A stretch of DNA of 62,829 bases, counting the filler, from Nemertoderma westbladi (lineage: Eukaryota; Animalia; Xenacoelomorpha): NCBI GenBank assembly GCA_032718475.1. It is 4 parts of 4 records of this genome, joined end to end, with 100 filler letters (N's around TTAATTAATTAA, not from the genome) between each part and the next. Parts side by side here need not be neighbours in the genome. Positions count along the whole stretch, not along the records: positions 49,105 to 62,829 come from JAUCBJ010003496.1; 3 more parts are not named here. One strand, 5' to 3'. Below the pieces are notes generated by a model. It saw only the letters and a program-made list of their open reading frames with translations, searched no databases and was not told the origin of the DNA. The translations under genes and the position numbers were made by a program. How positions within the stretch are numbered: position 1 is the stretch's first letter; every line of letters begins with the position of its first letter. Of this stretch, positions 61,847-62,829 are shown in pieces.

Positions 61847-62746
61847 ATGTCTTTAGGCAAGTTAAATTTGCGTGAATTGGTGCTACGTACAAGTACTGTA
61901 GCTGATTCATTACAGCTATGCAGAGACAATTTTCTGTTGACAACCAGCAGTACTTGCTTGTGTGGTAGTGATATGAAACTTAGGGCGACGAAGCGCTGCA
62001 AGGATGGAGAAATTTGGCGTTGCCCACGTCCCTGCATGAAGGAGAGCACAATAAGGAAAGGTTCTTTTTTCGCTGGAAGTAATTTACCAATAAGTACACT
62101 TCTTGAATTCTCGTACTATTGGGCCTATGAAGAAGTGTCCATGGAAAAGGCGAGGCGGGAATTCGGAATGAGCGACCACACCACTGTTGATTGGAAGAAC
62201 TTTCATCGAGATATTTGTGCACAGTCGTTATTAAACAATTCAGCAAAAATTGGTGGTAGTGGGCACATTGTGGAGGTGGATGAGAGCCTTTTTGTTCGCA
62301 GGAAACACAATGTTGGACGCGAAGTGGGCCAGGAATGGGTGTTCGGAGGCATTGATGTGAGTACAAGGGCATGTTTTTTGGTACCAGTTGCCTGCCGTAA
62401 TGCTGACACTTTGCTCCCTATTATACAAGAGTACATTCTCCCAGATACATTAATCAGGTCCGATCTCTGGAAGGCATACAATGGGATTGAAAATCTTCCT
62501 GAGGGCTATTCACACGAAACCGTGAATCATAGTAAGAACTTTGTTGACCCAGAGAGTGGAGCCCACACGCAGAATATCGAGAACTTGTGGATGCGTGCCA
62601 AACGCAGGAACACACCAGAGTGTGGAACTCATAGATCCTTGTTACGCACATATTTCATTGAATTAATGTGGCGAGAATCAAAGAGAAAGGAAGAAAACAA
62701 ATTTGAACATTTAATAAATGACATAGTACAATTGTATAAATGTTAA
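61847..62746 (+). CDS. Merlin (IS1016/IS1595-ISXO2 family) DDE transposase, 299 aa
   Basis: N-terminal Cys cluster (CLC...WRCPRPC...SxRKGSFF), VEVDES, WVFGG, SDLWKAY, HETVNHS..FVDP..GAHTQNIENLW; frame intact. Confidence 0.93.
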   Translation: MSLGKLNLRELVLRTSTVADSLQLCRDNFLLTTSSTCLCGSDMKLRATKRCKDGEIWRCPRPCMKESTIRKGSFFAGSNLPISTLLEFSYYWAYEEVSMEKARREFGMSDHTTVDWKNFHRDICAQSLLNNSAKIGGSGHIVEVDESLFVRRKHNVGREVGQEWVFGGIDVSTRACFLVPVACRNADTLLPIIQEYILPDTLIRSDLWKAYNGIENLPEGYSHETVNHSKNFVDPESGAHTQNIENLWMRAKRRNTPECGTHRSLLRTYFIELMWRESKRKEENKFEHLINDIVQLYKC

Positions 62747-62829
62747 GAAATTGAGAGTATACTGCAGAAGTACCTAAGGATGTAATCCAGCTGTGCTTTG
62801 GTTCCATTATAATATTAAAAGGTCCACAG

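Overview
Repeat-rich eukaryotic (animal-like) genomic window made of four contigs joined by artificial 100-bp N-linkers containing TTAATTAATTAA. Recognisable genes: a compact cluster with uninterrupted coding sequences (VPS18, MND1 head-to-head with RPA1, TANGO2), a spliced HAUS4-like gene (4 clear exons plus a candidate last exon), and a two-exon kelch-like gene or remnant abutting an RTE insertion. There is also an unrecognised, intronless ~823-aa protein built from ~16 tandem J-domain-like (HPD-less) Cys-rich repeats, and an apparently intact Merlin/IS1595-type transposase ORF. The rest is satellites (10, 21, 22, 30, 34, 43, ~82 and 154 bp units), MITEs with readable TIRs/TSDs (Tc1-like, hAT-like, Merlin-like, Kolobok-like, Mutator-like), RTE and CR1/L2-group LINE fragments, a BEL/Pao remnant and a 5S+tRNA composite SINE-like element. 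Most notable: (1) a 4.3-kb satellite amplified from the HAUS4 exon/intron junction, giving >100 copies of the 5' splice site; (2) the poly-J-like repeat protein; (3) strong enrichment of short TA-flanked motifs that look like transposon excision footprints. All protein and element identifications are by eye from remembered family motifs; no searches were run.
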